Origin: an uncultured Actinomycetes bacterium
GTDB lineage: Bacteria > Actinomycetota > Thermoleophilia > Gaiellales > Gaiellaceae
Assembly (NCBI GenBank): GCA_963746655.1
Contig: CAVVCG010000046.1
Location: forward strand, 31,020 to 95,019
Length of the DNA: 64,000 bases
Reading direction: 5' to 3'
Notes under the pieces: model-generated
Databases searched by the model: none
The model's input: only the letters and a program-made list of their open reading frames with translations
Told to the model about the DNA's origin: nothing
Position numbers and translations under genes: made by a program
Shown: one piece after another, positions 23,435 to 38,136 of the stretch
How the letters are laid out: each line of letters begins with the position of its first letter
Position numbering within the stretch: position 1 is the first letter of the stretch

Positions 23435-24156
23435 ATGAGCAACATGACGATCACGTTTCTCGTGCTAGCCGCGACGGTGGTCGTCTTCGTCTGGGACCGC
23501 GTCCTGGGTCGGCCAGGAGCTGATCGCGCGAGTCGGGGAGAGCCGCACGAGGCTCATCGTCCCCACGCTCCTGCTCGTCGCCCTCCTGACGGCGTTGATC
23601 AGCGTCAACGGCGCGGTCGCCGCCCTCGTGCCCGTCGTGGTCGTCGTCGCGGTGCGTCTACGGCGGTCACCGTCGCGGCACGATCGCGATCGTCGTCCTC
23701 CTCGGCGAGCGGCTCCTGCCCGACCGCACGGCCCGCACGATCTCTCGCGACTTCAGCGACCATGCGCGTACGCTCGTCGCCCAGTACGGGCTGACGGGCG
23801 CAGGCCGACAGCCTGCTGACGCGCTGGTCGGGCGCACGCGGAGGTCGTGATCCCGCTGAGGTGGCGCTGATCGGCGTGACGGCGTTCCGGGGATGGTGAC
23901 CGACGAGCGGTGATCGTGATCCCGGTCGTCGGTCTCGGCCGCGGCGGAGATGGACGTGTCCGCAAAGCCCGCGTTGATGGCGGTGAGCGTCTCCGCGGCG
24001 GCCTCGTTCCTGACCCCGGTCGCCACGCCGGCGAACCTGATGGTGCTGGACCCCGGGGGATACCGCTTCGGCGACTACTGGAAGCTCGGCCTGCCGCTCC
24101 TCGCTCTCTTCGGCGTCGTCGCCGTCCTCCTCGTTCCCGTGTTCTGGCCGTTCTGA
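23435..24156 (+). pseudogene. Heavily degraded SLC13/DASS-family permease remnant
   Basis: Only islands of the family are left, spread over all three frames. They include MSNMTITFLVLAATVVVFVWDRV, WVGQELIARVGESRTRLIVPTLLLVALLTALISVNGAVAALVP, TIAIVVLLGERLLPDR and AEVVIP/ALIGVTAF/PGMVTDE. They end with SAAAEMDVSAKPALMAVSVSAAASFLTPVATPANLMVLDPGGYRFGDYWKLG. About 240 codons remain, whereas I recall family members as much longer (about 600 aa). Confidence 0.7.
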
Positions 24157-24176
24157 GGTTAGGTTGGGCCGATTCG

Positions 24177-24933
24177 ATGCTGGACGGGATCGAGTACCAC
24201 CTCTGGCGCCAGACCCTCTCGGACGGAGACGTCACGACCGTGTACGCCGTGCGCCACCCGAGCGCGTCGACGCGCCTTCGCGTGGTGCACTTCCCCAGCC
24301 CGCGGCGGCTGGACGTGTGGTGCGTGGCGAACGGGATGGGCGAGGCGGTCGTCGGCGGCTTCTTCCTGCGCGATCCCTACCGGCCGCTCGGCGAGCTGTG
24401 GATCGACGGAAGGCCGGCGAGACCACGAGCCCGTCGCGCCGCCGTACGGGTCGCGGCGCGGAACCGTCGTCGTCGATCCGGACGGGGTGGTGCGTCTCGT
24501 GGGCCGCGACGCGGCGCCCACCCGGCCTACGGGCGATCTGCTGCAGGCCGGCCCGCTGCTCGTCGCCGGCGGGGCCGTCGTCTTCGACGGCGACGATGAC
24601 CGCGAGGGCTTCTCGGCCGGCGCGGGCCAGTTCGACTCCGACATCACGGAGGGCCGCTACCCGCGGGCGGCGCTCGGCGTCTCGGACGGGTGGCTGCTCG
24701 CCGTCGCGTGCGACGGGCGCCGCTCGAACGTCGACGGAGGCCTGACCATGCTCGAGCTCGCCGAGGTGATGGTCGAGCTCGGCGCCGAGACGGCGATCAA
24801 CCTCGACGGGGGCGGCTCGACCACGCTCGTGCATCGCGGGCACCTCCTCAACCGACCCTATTCCACGCAGGACCAGCCGGCGCCCGCGTCCCGGAAGGTC
24901 GTGAGCGCGCTGGTCTTCGAGCCGCTGACCTGA
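24177..24933 (+). pseudogene. Phosphodiester glycosidase (NAGPA/DUF2233-like) family protein with an apparent +1 frameshift near 24417
   Basis: The segment MLDGIEYHLW to GELWIDGRP continues in the next frame as RDHEPVAPPYGSRRGTVVVDPDG. It then runs on to AVACDGRRSNVDGGLTMLELAEVMVELGAETAINLDGGGSTTLV, a typical family block. Confidence 0.7.
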
Positions 24934-24956
24934 CGAGCGACGACGAAGAGACATTG

Positions 24957-25964
24957 ATGGGCGCACACCGAGAGACCGAGCAGAACGCCGAGCCGGCTTT
25001 CGTCTCCACGGGGCGCCTGCCGCGTCCGGAGCAGGTCGAGGCGCTCGTCGCCGAGGCGCACGAGCGCTATCGGACCAACACCGAAGGGGAGAACTCGGAG
25101 GTGTACCCGGCGCTGGCCGCGGTCCCGGAGTGACCTCTTCGGCGTCTGCCTGGTCGGAACGAGTGGCAACGTCTACGCGGCCGGGGACACCGACGTCGAG
25201 TTCTCGATCATGAGCGTGTCCAAGCCGTTCGTCTTCGCCCTGGTGTGCCAGTCCCTCGGTGCGGAGCGGGCGCGCGAGCTGCTCGGGGCGAACAGCACCG
25301 GGTTGCCGTTCAACTCGCTGACGGCGGTCGAGTGGAGCGGGGACGGCCGCACGAATCCGATGGTGAACCCGGGCGCGATCGCCACGACGAGCCTCGTACC
25401 GGGCGAGACGGCCGAGGCGAAGTGGCAGGCTCGTCCACGAAGGTCTGTCCCGGTTCGCCGGACGCACGCTCTCGCTGAGCACCGAGGTGTACCGGTCCGC
25501 CTCGGAGACGAACGATCGAAACCAGAGCATGGCGCGTCTGCTCCAGAGCTACGACGCGATCTACTGCGACCCGGTCGAGGCGACCGATCTGTACACGAGA
25601 CAGTGCGCGCTGAACGTGAACGCCAGGGATCTCGCGGTGATGGGCGCCACGCTGGCGGACGGCGGGGTCAATCCCGCTCACGGGCGAGCGGGTGATCGAC
25701 GCGGAGATCTGCCGGTACACGCTGGCCGTGATGACGACGGCCGGGCTGTACGAGACTTCCGGCGACTGGCTCTACGACGTCGGGCTGCCGGGCAAGAGCG
25801 GGATCGGCGGCGGGATCGTCACCGTCGCTCCCGGCAAGGGCGGGCTGGGGACGTTCGCCCCGCGGCTCGACGAGGCGGGGAACAGCGTCAAGGGCCGGCT
25901 CGCGGCGGAGTTTCTGTCCCGGCGGCTGGGATTGGACCTGTTCCTGTCGAAACCCGAGGCATGA
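24957..25964 (+). pseudogene. glsA: Glutaminase A with three apparent +1 frameshifts (near 25128, 25437 and 25675)
   Basis: The family order is preserved over frames 0,1,2,0. The successive pieces are YPALAAVP, LFGVCLVGTSGNVYAAGDTDVEFSIMSVSKPF to NPMVNPGAI, EVYRSASETNDRNQSMARLL to YTRQCALNVNARDLAVMGATLADGGVNP, and LTGERVI to GLPGKSGIGGGIV to DEAGNSVKG. Confidence 0.85.
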
Positions 25965-27905
25965 GAGGACGCGCCTACAACTTCGTCGGCTCGTCGGCGC
26001 GCGGCGCTTCTCGCGCTGCTTGCGGCGGTCGCGCTCGGCTCGTGCCCGACCGCCTCGGCCGACCTCGCCGACGAGACGGCCCTCGCCGAGCGCTACGCCC
26101 CGGTGATCCGGCTCGTCGAGCAGCCCGAGGAGTGCGGCCCCGGCGAGCCGTACGAGCCGATGGACGTCGACGTCCTCTTCGACGAGCCGACGGTGGCCCT
26201 GCGCGGGCCGTGGGGCGTCGGCGACCTCGTCAAGATCGCCCCGAGCGCGAAGGATCTCGCGAACGGTCTCTACGAGTACCACCTCGACTTTCCCGGGAAT
26301 TCGCTCAATCCCGGCTGCGGCTACGAGCGCTGGGCCCGCCGCCTCACCGAGGGACGGAGACCGGCGGTCTACGCGCACGTGGCGAGCGACGCCGCCTATC
26401 CGGGGAAGCTCGCGCTGCAGTACTGGATCTTCTACGCGTTCAACGACTGGAACAACACCCACGAGGGAGACTGGGAGATGATCCAGCTCGTCTTCGACGC
26501 GCCGGACGCGCGGCGCGCGCTCGCCACGTCGCCGACCTCGGTCGGCTACAGCCAGCACGAAGGCGCCGAGCGCACGGCGTGGGGAGCCGACAACCTCCAG
26601 ATCGTCGACGGAACCCATCCGGTCGTCTACCCGGCGGCGGGATCGCACGCGAACTTCTTCGGCGAGGCGCTCTACCTCGGCAGCTCGGCCGAGCAGGGCG
26701 TCGGATGCGACGACACGCTCGGCCCTCACGTCGACGTCAGGCCGACCGTGCACACGATCCCGAGCGACCGGGCGGCCGCGCGGGAGTCGTTTCCGTGGAT
26801 CGCGTTCGAGGGGCGCTGGGGCGAGCTCCAGCCTGCGTTCTTCAACGGCCCGACAGGCCCGAACCTGAAGACGCAGTGGACCGAGCCGATCCGGTGGTCT
26901 GAGGGTTGGCGCGACCGAAGCTACGCCGTCCCGGCGGGTGGCGCGCTCGGGACAGGGGCGACCGACTTCTTCTGCGGTGCGATCGCCGGCGGCTCGAGGA
27001 GCCTGCGCCGAGCCGTGGAGCACCCACTGCCTGCCCTGGTCATCCTCGGCGTGCTCGCGGCGCTCATCCTCTTCGGGCTCTCACGCACGACGTGGCGGCC
27101 CGCCGCGCCGGTCCGCCTCGCGCGACGGCGGGCGTGGGGCCAGATCCTCGCCGCCGCGGCACGCATGTACGTCCACCGGATACCGCTCTTCGTGTGCATC
27201 GGCCTCCTGTTCCTCCCCATCTCCCTGCTCATGACCTTCCTGCAGGTGGTCGTCCTCCACGCGTCGAGCGTCCTCGGCATCCACAACGAGGGCGGGGGCG
27301 CGGGGCTGCTGTTCCTCGTCGTGGTCGTCGTCGGCACCACCCTGACGCTGCTCGGGCTGGCGCTCGTCCAGGGGGCGGTCGTGCGGGCTCTCGTGGAGAT
27401 CGACGAGGGCCGCCCGGTCGGGCCCGTTCACGCCTACCGGATGGCGCTGGACATCGTCTGGCCGCTGCTCGGCGCGATCGCGATCGCCGTCGCCGTCGTC
27501 ACCGTGCTTCTCGGGTCGGTCTTCCTCGTTCCGATCGCCGTGTGGCTGGCCGTCCGCTGGGCACTCATCGTCCCCGCGGTCGAGCTCGAGCGCACCTCCG
27601 CGAGGCAGGCGCTGCGGCGAAGCGGGCGCCTCGTGCGGCAGGAGTGGCTGAAGGTCGCGTCGCTGATCGTCGTCGGGGGAGCACTCGCTCTCGCAGCCGG
27701 ACCGCTGATCGGCGCCCTCTTGATCATCCTCACGAGCGCGCCGCCGTCGCTGCTGAACATCGTCGCCGGCCTCGTCTACGCGGTGACGATGCCGTTCGTC
27801 GCCCTCACCACCGCGTACGTCTACCTCGACGCACGAGTCCGGGACGAGCTCGCAGGCGACGACGATGCCTCAGAGAGGATGCTGCCGGCGGAGATCCAGA
27901 TCTGA
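25961..27905 (+). pseudogene. Secreted Vps62-like N-terminal domain fused to a polytopic membrane domain. An apparent +1 frameshift lies in the signal-peptide region near 26003; the ORF from 26103 onward is intact.
   Basis: ATG 25961 (MRGRAYNFVG) shifts into ALLALLAAVALGSCPTASADL. LALQYWIFYAFNDWNNTHEGDWEMIQLVF is a Vps62-type block. The C-terminal half contains at least 6 hydrophobic helices. Confidence 0.65.
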
Positions 27906-27921
27906 GAAGCCGAGCGAGAGC

Positions 27922-28548
27922 TCAGTACCAGATCGCAACGCGGCGTCCTTCGACCGTCTCCGGTGGATCGGGCAGCGTTCGGGCCTCGCCGCCCGCGATC
28001 CTCGTCGCCGTCCAGGCCGCCGCCGCGGCATCGAGGACGTCGTCGAGCGGAGCCACGGCAGCGGCATGGAGGTCCAGCTCGATCCCGTGACGGCGTAGGA
28101 GGGCCATTCGCTCGAGCGCACCCCCTGCCGACTTCTTCCCATATCGCAACGGCCGTCGTTCGTTCATCGCGCGAAAGGAGACCTCCGGATGAACCTCGTA
28201 GAGCCGCGCGTCAGCCTCAGCGAGGGCCGTCACATGGATGATCCGCGGGCCCAGCGCGTGCGCCTGTGCAGAGATGCCGAGTCCCGGACCAAAGGGAGCA
28301 TTCAACGCCTCGCGCCCGGGCGTGGAGAACACGGTGCTCGCGGTGCCCTTGAGATAGGCGCGTGCCGCGCCGTCCGCGGCCCGCGGCCCGAACCCGATCG
28401 GGACGTCGATGGCCAACACGTCGGCGGCTCCGAGCTCCGCGAAGGAGCTGTCGATGGGCCGGAGCAGCTCATCCCGTCGGAATCGTCCGTCCTCGAGCAG
28501 GATCGCAACCCAGCCGCCCTTGGTTCCGTCGATTCCGGCGACGAGCAC
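27922..28548 (-). CDS. DUF429-domain protein (predicted RNase H-like fold)
   Basis: Family-typical blocks are VAGIDGTKGGWVA, VLAIDVPIGF, EVHPEVSF and LDAAAAAWTA. Confidence 0.75.
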   Translation of the reverse strand: MLVAGIDGTKGGWVAILLEDGRFRRDELLRPIDSSFAELGAADVLAIDVPIGFGPRAADGAARAYLKGTASTVFSTPGREALNAPFGPGLGISAQAHALGPRIIHVTALAEADARLYEVHPEVSFRAMNERRPLRYGKKSAGGALERMALLRRHGIELDLHAAAVAPLDDVLDAAAAAWTATRIAGGEARTLPDPPETVEGRRVAIWY

Positions 28549-28585
28549 GTCACGAGCCTAGTTCGCGCCTGCACGGGCGTGCGGT

Positions 28586-30427
<1,842 letters not shown>

Positions 30428-30462
30428 CGAGGCAGGGTAGCCGCGTTCGGTCGACGGGCCGT

Positions 30463-31515
30463 TCAGGCGGTGCGACGCGCGACGTGCTCGCGGCGGACGT
30501 CCTCGGGCCGCGCGCAGCCCAGCAGCTGCATGGCGAGCTCGATCTCGGCGCGGAGCAGCTCCAGCACGCGGGCGACGCCTTGCTCGCCCCCCGCCGCGAG
30601 CCCCCAGAGGACGGGCCGGCCGACGAGCACGGCGCGCGCACCGAGGGCAAGCGCCTTGACGGCGTCCGATCCGCGGCGGACACCCCCGTCGACGTACACC
30701 TCGATCTGCCCGTCGACGGCCTCGACCACCTCCGGCAGCGCGTCGAGCGTCGCGGCCACGCCGTCGAGCTGGCGGCCGCCGTGATTCGAGACGACGAGCG
30801 CGGCCGCGCCGTGCTCGCAGGCAAGGTGGGCGTCCTCGGCGCCGATGACGCCCTTGACGACCACGGGCAGGCCGGCCAGCTCGGCGAACGCCTCGACGTC
30901 CTTCCAGGTCACGGAGGGGGACATGAGCGAGAACGCCTGCGCCGGAGTCTGAGCCGCCTCGCCGAGGGTCGCGATCATGTGCGTGACGGTGAAGCCCGTG
31001 CGAAGGTCGCGCTCGCGACGGCCGAGCACGGGCGTGTCGACGGTCAGCACGAGCGCGGTGAATCCCTGCTCTTGCGCCAGCTCCACCAGCGAGCGCGTGA
31101 ACCCCGGGTCACGGAAGACGTAGAGCTGGAACCAGCGCGCGCCGCCGGCCTCTGCCACCTCCGCCGGGTGGGCGGTCGAGAGCGTCGAGAGGCACATCAC
31201 CGTTCCCGCGGCGGCCGCGGCGCGCGCGGTCGCCGCCTCGCCGTCCGGATGGGCCATCCGCTGAAACGCCGTCGGCGCGACGAGCAGCGGCATCGAGACG
31301 GCCTGGCCGAGGACGGTCGTCGCAGTCGACGCGCCGCCGACGTCGACGAGCACACGCGGCCGCAGGATCCAGCGCCCGTACGCGGCGACGTTGTCGCGCA
31401 GGGTGATCTCGTCACCCGACCCGCCTGCGTAGTAGCCCCACGCGCCCGGGTCGAGCCGCTCCTCGGCGGCCCGCTCGAAGTCCGCGACGTTGAGCAGCGT
31501 CTCTAGCGGCTCCAC
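30463..31515 (-). CDS. FMN-dependent alpha-hydroxy-acid oxidase/dehydrogenase (LldD/glycolate oxidase family)
   Basis: Family blocks are [36 protein letters not shown] and [21 protein letters not shown]. Confidence 0.88.
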   Translation of the reverse strand: MEPLETLLNVADFERAAEERLDPGAWGYYAGGSGDEITLRDNVAAYGRWILRPRVLVDVGGASTATTVLGQAVSMPLLVAPTAFQRMAHPDGEAATARAAAAAGTVMCLSTLSTAHPAEVAEAGGARWFQLYVFRDPGFTRSLVELAQEQGFTALVLTVDTPVLGRRERDLRTGFTVTHMIATLGEAAQTPAQAFSLMSPSVTWKDVEAFAELAGLPVVVKGVIGAEDAHLACEHGAAALVVSNHGGRQLDGVAATLDALPEVVEAVDGQIEVYVDGGVRRGSDAVKALALGARAVLVGRPVLWGLAAGGEQGVARVLELLRAEIELAMQLLGCARPEDVRREHVARRTA

Positions 31516-32492
31516 CAGCTCCGCCTCCGCTCCGTGCGCGGCGCCTCGCCGATCGCGCGCGCCCCCGCCGCGACGTCCTCCGCCGTGACGTGCATCAGCT
31601 CGTCCGCCCCCAGCTCCTCGAGCTCGCGGCCCTCGAGCCGGGACAGCCGCAGCGCCTGTGCCGCGGTCGCCTGCTCGAAGAGCGTCCGGGCGAAACGGGC
31701 GTTCCCGAACCCCTCGCCGCGTTCCGCGGCGCCGAGCGCCCGCGCGAGCTCGGCATCCGCCTCCTCGTCGAGCCGGTACTCGGCCTCGCGCGCGAAGCGG
31801 TGCGTGATCTCGACCAGCTCGCCGGTCGCGTAGTCCGGGAAGGCGATCTCCCGCGCGAAGCGCGAGCGGAGGCCGGGATTCGAGTCGAGGAAGTGGTGCA
31901 TCAGCCGCGGGTACCCGGCGACGATCACGACCAGCCGGTGCCGGTAGTCCTCCATCCGCTTGAGCAGCGTCTCGATCGCTTCGGAGCCGAAGTCGAGGCG
32001 GGCCTCCTCGGGCGCCAGCGCGTAGGCCTCGTCGATGAAGAGGACGCCGTCGAGCGCTCGGCGGATGACGCGGTCAGTCTTCAGCGCCGTCGCTCCGACG
32101 AACTGGCCGACGAGCCCCGCGCGGTCGACCTCGACGAGGTGCCCGCGCTTGAGCAGTCCCATCGCGCGGTACGTCTCGGCCAGCAGACGCGCCACCGTCG
32201 TCTTCCCGGTGCCGGGGTTGCCGAGGAAGACGAGATGCTGGCTCGTGGCCGTCTCGGCGAGCCCGTGCTCCTTGCGCCGAGCCTGGACGGCGAGGAAGGC
32301 GACGAGGGCGTGCACCTGCTCCTTGACGGTGCCGAGGCCGGTCAGCGAGTCGAGCTCCGCCTGGAGCTCCTCCAGGCTGCGCGACTGCTCGGCACGGCGG
32401 AAGGTGTCCAGCTGGTCTGCGAGCTCCTCGCCGACGGTCTGGCGAAGCTGCTCTCCGAGGGCCTTCAGCGCATCGAGCGGATTCGGCGGCAT
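31503..32492 (-). CDS. AAA+ ATPase of the CbbX/CfxQ-SpoVK type
   Basis: Blocks are HLVFLGNPGTGKTTVARLLA (Walker A), GVLFIDEAYAL (Walker B), VIVAGYP and NPGLRSRF. The 3' end overlaps the oxidase start by 13 nt. Confidence 0.85.
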   Translation of the reverse strand: MPPNPLDALKALGEQLRQTVGEELADQLDTFRRAEQSRSLEELQAELDSLTGLGTVKEQVHALVAFLAVQARRKEHGLAETATSQHLVFLGNPGTGKTTVARLLAETYRAMGLLKRGHLVEVDRAGLVGQFVGATALKTDRVIRRALDGVLFIDEAYALAPEEARLDFGSEAIETLLKRMEDYRHRLVVIVAGYPRLMHHFLDSNPGLRSRFAREIAFPDYATGELVEITHRFAREAEYRLDEEADAELARALGAAERGEGFGNARFARTLFEQATAAQALRLSRLEGRELEELGADELMHVTAEDVAAGARAIGEAPRTERRRSWWSR

Positions 32493-32509
32493 CGGCGAAA
32501 CGGTATACG

Positions 32510-33748
32510 GTGCCCGGCGTGAAGCCGCTGCTCCCGCCCGAGGACATTGCCCGGTACGCCGACGCGATGGTACGCACGGCGGTCACGCTGAGCAGGGACG
32601 ACGACCTGATCGTGACGTGCGAGCCCGCGCACCGCGACTTTGCGGTCGCCCTCGTGGAGGCGGGGTACCGCGCCGGCGCGCGCGTCGTCGAGGTCGTCTA
32701 CACCGACCCGCTGCTGCGGGCCGCGCGACTACGGACGGCGCAGGAGAAGTACGTCGGCTACGTCAGCCCGTGGCGAGCGAAGCGGATGCGGGCCACGCTC
32801 GAGCCGAAGACGGCGACGCTCCTCGTCGCGGGCGACGGCGAGCCGAACGCGCTCGCGGAGATCGACCCGAAGCTGATCGCGATCGAGCAGACCGCGCCGC
32901 TGAACCAGCTCCCCTGGCTGCGCCGCGCGCTCGGCAAGAACCTCCGCCGCTGGGGGATCATCGCCTGGCCGACCGAACCCTGGGCGCGGCAGGTCTATCC
33001 CACGCTGAAGGGCGATGCAGCCGCCCGGAGGCTGGCGCGCGACCTGATGTGGTTCTGCCGGCTCGGCCCGGAGGATCCGCCCGGCTGGAAGGGGCTGAAG
33101 GAGCACCTCGACGCCGTGCGCCGCCGCGCGGGGCGCCTCACCAAGTTGAAGCTGAAGGAGCTGGAGCTGCGCGGGCCGGGCACCGAGCTGCGGGTCGCGC
33201 TTCATCCCGAAGGGCTCTGGCTCGGCGGAGGCGAGAAGAACGCGCACGGCATCCACATCTCGCCGAATCTGCCGACCGAGGAGAGCTTCACGACGCCGAT
33301 CGCGTCCTCGACGGAGGGGACGTTCCGCTGCTCGCGGCCGCTCGTCTTCCAGGGCCGGCTGATCGAGGGGATCGAGGGCGAGTTCCATCGTGGACGGCTC
33401 ACGAAGCTCAAGGGCAAGGGGCGGAACGGCACCTTCTTCCGCGAGTACATCGGCTCGATCAAGGACGCCGACCGCCTGGGCGAGGTGGCTCTGGTCGACG
33501 CGTCGTCCCGCATCGGGCAGGCCGGGCGCGTCTACTACAACACCCTCCTCGACGAGAACGCCGCGGCGCACATCGCGTTCGGGATCGGCTTCGAGAAGAC
33601 GCGCGCGCCGGGCAAGGGAGCGCGCGGCGTCAACCGCTCGCACACCCACATCGACGTGATGATCGGCACCGACGACTTCGAGGCGACGGGCGTTGATCCA
33701 CGCGGCAGGCGCGTGCCGCTGATCCGCGACGGCGCCTGGCAGCTGTAG
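32510..33748 (+). CDS. M29-family aminopeptidase (AmpS/PepS-like)
   Basis: NLPTEESFTTP, LGEVALVD and LDENAAAHIAFG to HTHIDVMIG are typical M29 metal-ligand blocks. Confidence 0.85.
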   Translation: MPGVKPLLPPEDIARYADAMVRTAVTLSRDDDLIVTCEPAHRDFAVALVEAGYRAGARVVEVVYTDPLLRAARLRTAQEKYVGYVSPWRAKRMRATLEPKTATLLVAGDGEPNALAEIDPKLIAIEQTAPLNQLPWLRRALGKNLRRWGIIAWPTEPWARQVYPTLKGDAAARRLARDLMWFCRLGPEDPPGWKGLKEHLDAVRRRAGRLTKLKLKELELRGPGTELRVALHPEGLWLGGGEKNAHGIHISPNLPTEESFTTPIASSTEGTFRCSRPLVFQGRLIEGIEGEFHRGRLTKLKGKGRNGTFFREYIGSIKDADRLGEVALVDASSRIGQAGRVYYNTLLDENAAAHIAFGIGFEKTRAPGKGARGVNRSHTHIDVMIGTDDFEATGVDPRGRRVPLIRDGAWQL

Positions 33749-33749
33749 C

Positions 33750-33774
33750 GGGCGCCGGGTGCCAGCCGGCGCCC
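33750..33774 (+). terminator. Candidate intrinsic terminator after the aminopeptidase gene
   Basis: GGGCGCCGG-gtgccag-CCGGCGCCC forms a perfect 9-bp GC stem starting 2 nt after the TAG. It is followed by CTTTCGG, a short T-run. Confidence 0.5.
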
Positions 33775-33877
33775 CTTTCGGCCATGCCCCCGGCCTGGCC
33801 GCGGACATGGCGCATGAGGCACGAGGCGCGCGAACGTCGGGTCGGTGCGGATCGGGCGACAGGGTGTTCCGAGGAGG

Positions 33878-33907
33878 TTGCGTCCATCCGGTGAACCTCG
33901 GTATTGT
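33878..33907 (+). promoter_or_regulatory. Candidate sigma-A-type promoter for the sugar ABC operon
   Basis: TTGCGT (33878-33883), an 18-nt spacer, then TATTGT (33902-33907). It sits in a locally lower-GC patch flanked by the inverted repeat CCGAGG...CCTCGG. Confidence 0.3.
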
Positions 33908-34028
33908 CGCGACGTGAGGTGGGTCGGAGAGCTTGCTCCCGGGAAGTGTCAGACGCCGTGAAGCTCTCCACGACCACAGTCAGGGGTCTAGCCGGACTCA
34001 CTAGCGGTCGGGAGAAAGGACGGAGAGA

Positions 34029-35378
<1,350 letters not shown>

Positions 35379-35409
35379 AGCCGTATCGGACCGCAGGGGA
35401 GGATCGTAT

Positions 35410-36360
35410 GTGCGATCCTCCCCTGCCCCGCCGATGACGTCCGTCGCCACGCCCGCACCCGTACGCCGTAAGCGGCAGCGCCGCGGGGCACTCCAGCGCC
35501 GCCAGACACGACTTGCGTGGCTCCTGCTCGTGCCGTCGCTCCTGGTGGTCGCGCTGGTCGCGATCTACCCGCTCGGCAAGACCGTCTACCAGAGCTTCAC
35601 GAACCAGGAATTCCTCGCGCTCGAGCCGGCCAAGTGGGTCGGACTCGACAACTATCGCACCCTCTGGCACGACCAGCTGTTCCGCGACAGCGTCTGGACG
35701 ACGGTCAAGTTCACGCTGATCACCGTGACGTTCGAGTTCGTGCTCGGGCTGATCATCGCGCTCGTCGTGAACTCGAGCTTCAAGGGGCGCGGCCTCATGC
35801 GGGCCGTCATGCTCGTCCCCTGGGCGATTCCGACGGTCGTCGCCGCCCAGATGTGGAAGTGGATGCTCGACGACACCTTCGGCGTCATCAACGACGCCGG
35901 CATGAGAGTGAACGTCATCTCGCATCCGCATGCGTGGATCTCCGATCCGAGCACCGCGCTCGCGTCGGTCTGTGCAGTGGATATCTGGAAGACGACGCCG
36001 TTCGTCGCGCTGCTGCTGCTCGCGGGACTCCAGGTCATCCCGCAGGACCTCTACGAGGCGGCCGAGGTTGACGGGGCGACCGTCCTGCAGCAGTTCCGGA
36101 AGATCACGCTGCCATTGCTGGCGCCGGCGATCCTCGTGACGCTGATCTTCCGGACGCTCGACGCGCTCCGCGTGTTCGACGTCTTCTACGTCTTCTTCGG
36201 CAACCGGCCGGACACCCAGACGATGGCGATCTACGACCAGAGCACGATCGTCGGCGATGGCTACGTGGGCTATGGCGCCGCCGTCAGCGTCGCCATCTTC
36301 TTCATCATCGCCCTGTTCGTCGCCATCTACGTGACCTTCATGCGAGTGTCAACGGATTGA
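35410..36360 (+). CDS. Sugar ABC transporter permease (MalF/ThuF-like)
   Basis: It has six TM segments and an EAA loop [37 protein letters not shown] lies before GTG 35410. Confidence 0.88.
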   Translation: MRSSPAPPMTSVATPAPVRRKRQRRGALQRRQTRLAWLLLVPSLLVVALVAIYPLGKTVYQSFTNQEFLALEPAKWVGLDNYRTLWHDQLFRDSVWTTVKFTLITVTFEFVLGLIIALVVNSSFKGRGLMRAVMLVPWAIPTVVAAQMWKWMLDDTFGVINDAGMRVNVISHPHAWISDPSTALASVCAVDIWKTTPFVALLLLAGLQVIPQDLYEAAEVDGATVLQQFRKITLPLLAPAILVTLIFRTLDALRVFDVFYVFFGNRPDTQTMAIYDQSTIVGDGYVGYGAAVSVAIFFIIALFVAIYVTFMRVSTD

Positions 36361-37247
36361 GCACCGCCGCAGAAGCTGCAAGGGCGCAGCCCCGCGAGGT
36401 TGCTCGGCGGAAGCCGTTTCGGAAGACGGTCTTCGGCCGCTTCGTCTCGAAGGCCGCCTTCTGGTTCCTCATCCTGGCGATCTTCGTGTACGCATTGTTC
36501 CCCTTCTACTGGGTGCTCCGGTCGTCGATCACCCCCGAGGGCGACCTCTTCTCGACGCCGATCCAGTACTTCCCGGCGAGTCCGACGCTCGACAACTTCC
36601 GCAATGCGCTGAGCGCGACGTTCTTCCAGCACGCGCTCATCAACTCGACGATCGTCGCGGGGGTGGTCACACTGCTCTCGCTGGCAATCGGGTCGTTTGC
36701 GGCCTACGCGCTCGGGCGCTTCCGCTTCCGCGGCCGCTCGTTCGTGATGTACCTGATGCTCTCGATGACGATCTTCCCGCAGATCGCCATCCTCGGTGCC
36801 TTGTACACGATGATCAGCGGGGCTCATCTCGTCGGGCCGGTCCACTTCCCGCACCTGTACGACAAGCTCCCGGCCCTGATTCTCACGTACATGATCTTCA
36901 CGCTGCCGTTCACGGTGTGGGTGCTGACGAGCTTCATGCGCGCGCTGCCGGGAGATCTCGAGGAGGCCGCGTACGTCGACGGCGCCACGCCGTTCCAGGT
37001 GTTCTACAAGGTGCTGCTGCCGCTGATCGCACCAGGTCTCGTCACGACCGGCCTGCTGGCGTTCATCGCGGCGTGGAACGAGTACCTGTTCGCGCTGTCG
37101 TTCATCCAGAACCCGGACAAGTACACCGTGCCGCTCGCGATCACGTCCTACGTCGGCAAGAACAGCGCTTTCGCGGTGCCGTGGGGCCAGATCATGGCCG
37201 CGACCGTCGTCGTCACCCTGCCGCTGATCGCGGCGGTGCTGATCCTG
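36357..37247 (+). pseudogene. Sugar ABC transporter permease (MalG/ThuG-like), 3'-truncated at an exact breakpoint (37247|37248)
   Basis: The EAA loop [24 protein letters not shown] is present. Family homology stops after PLIAAVLIL, about 20 aa short of the usual QR..V.GL.AGAVKG tail. The ORF then reads into the antisense of the next gene. Confidence 0.75.
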
Positions 37248-38046
<799 letters not shown>

Positions 38047-38136
38047 CTCGCGACCCTCCTCGTCTCCGGTCGTCTTTCCCCCGGGACTATTTCACGCGCG
38101 GACGGGTGTTTGCCACTGCCCGTGGACGCGTGGCGG

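Noticed and set aside
31503-32492. The CbbX-like ATPase, considered as a Rubisco activase marking a CO2-fixation locus
   Set aside because: There are no RuBisCO, phosphoribulokinase or carboxysome genes in the window. The family also includes many non-Rubisco members.
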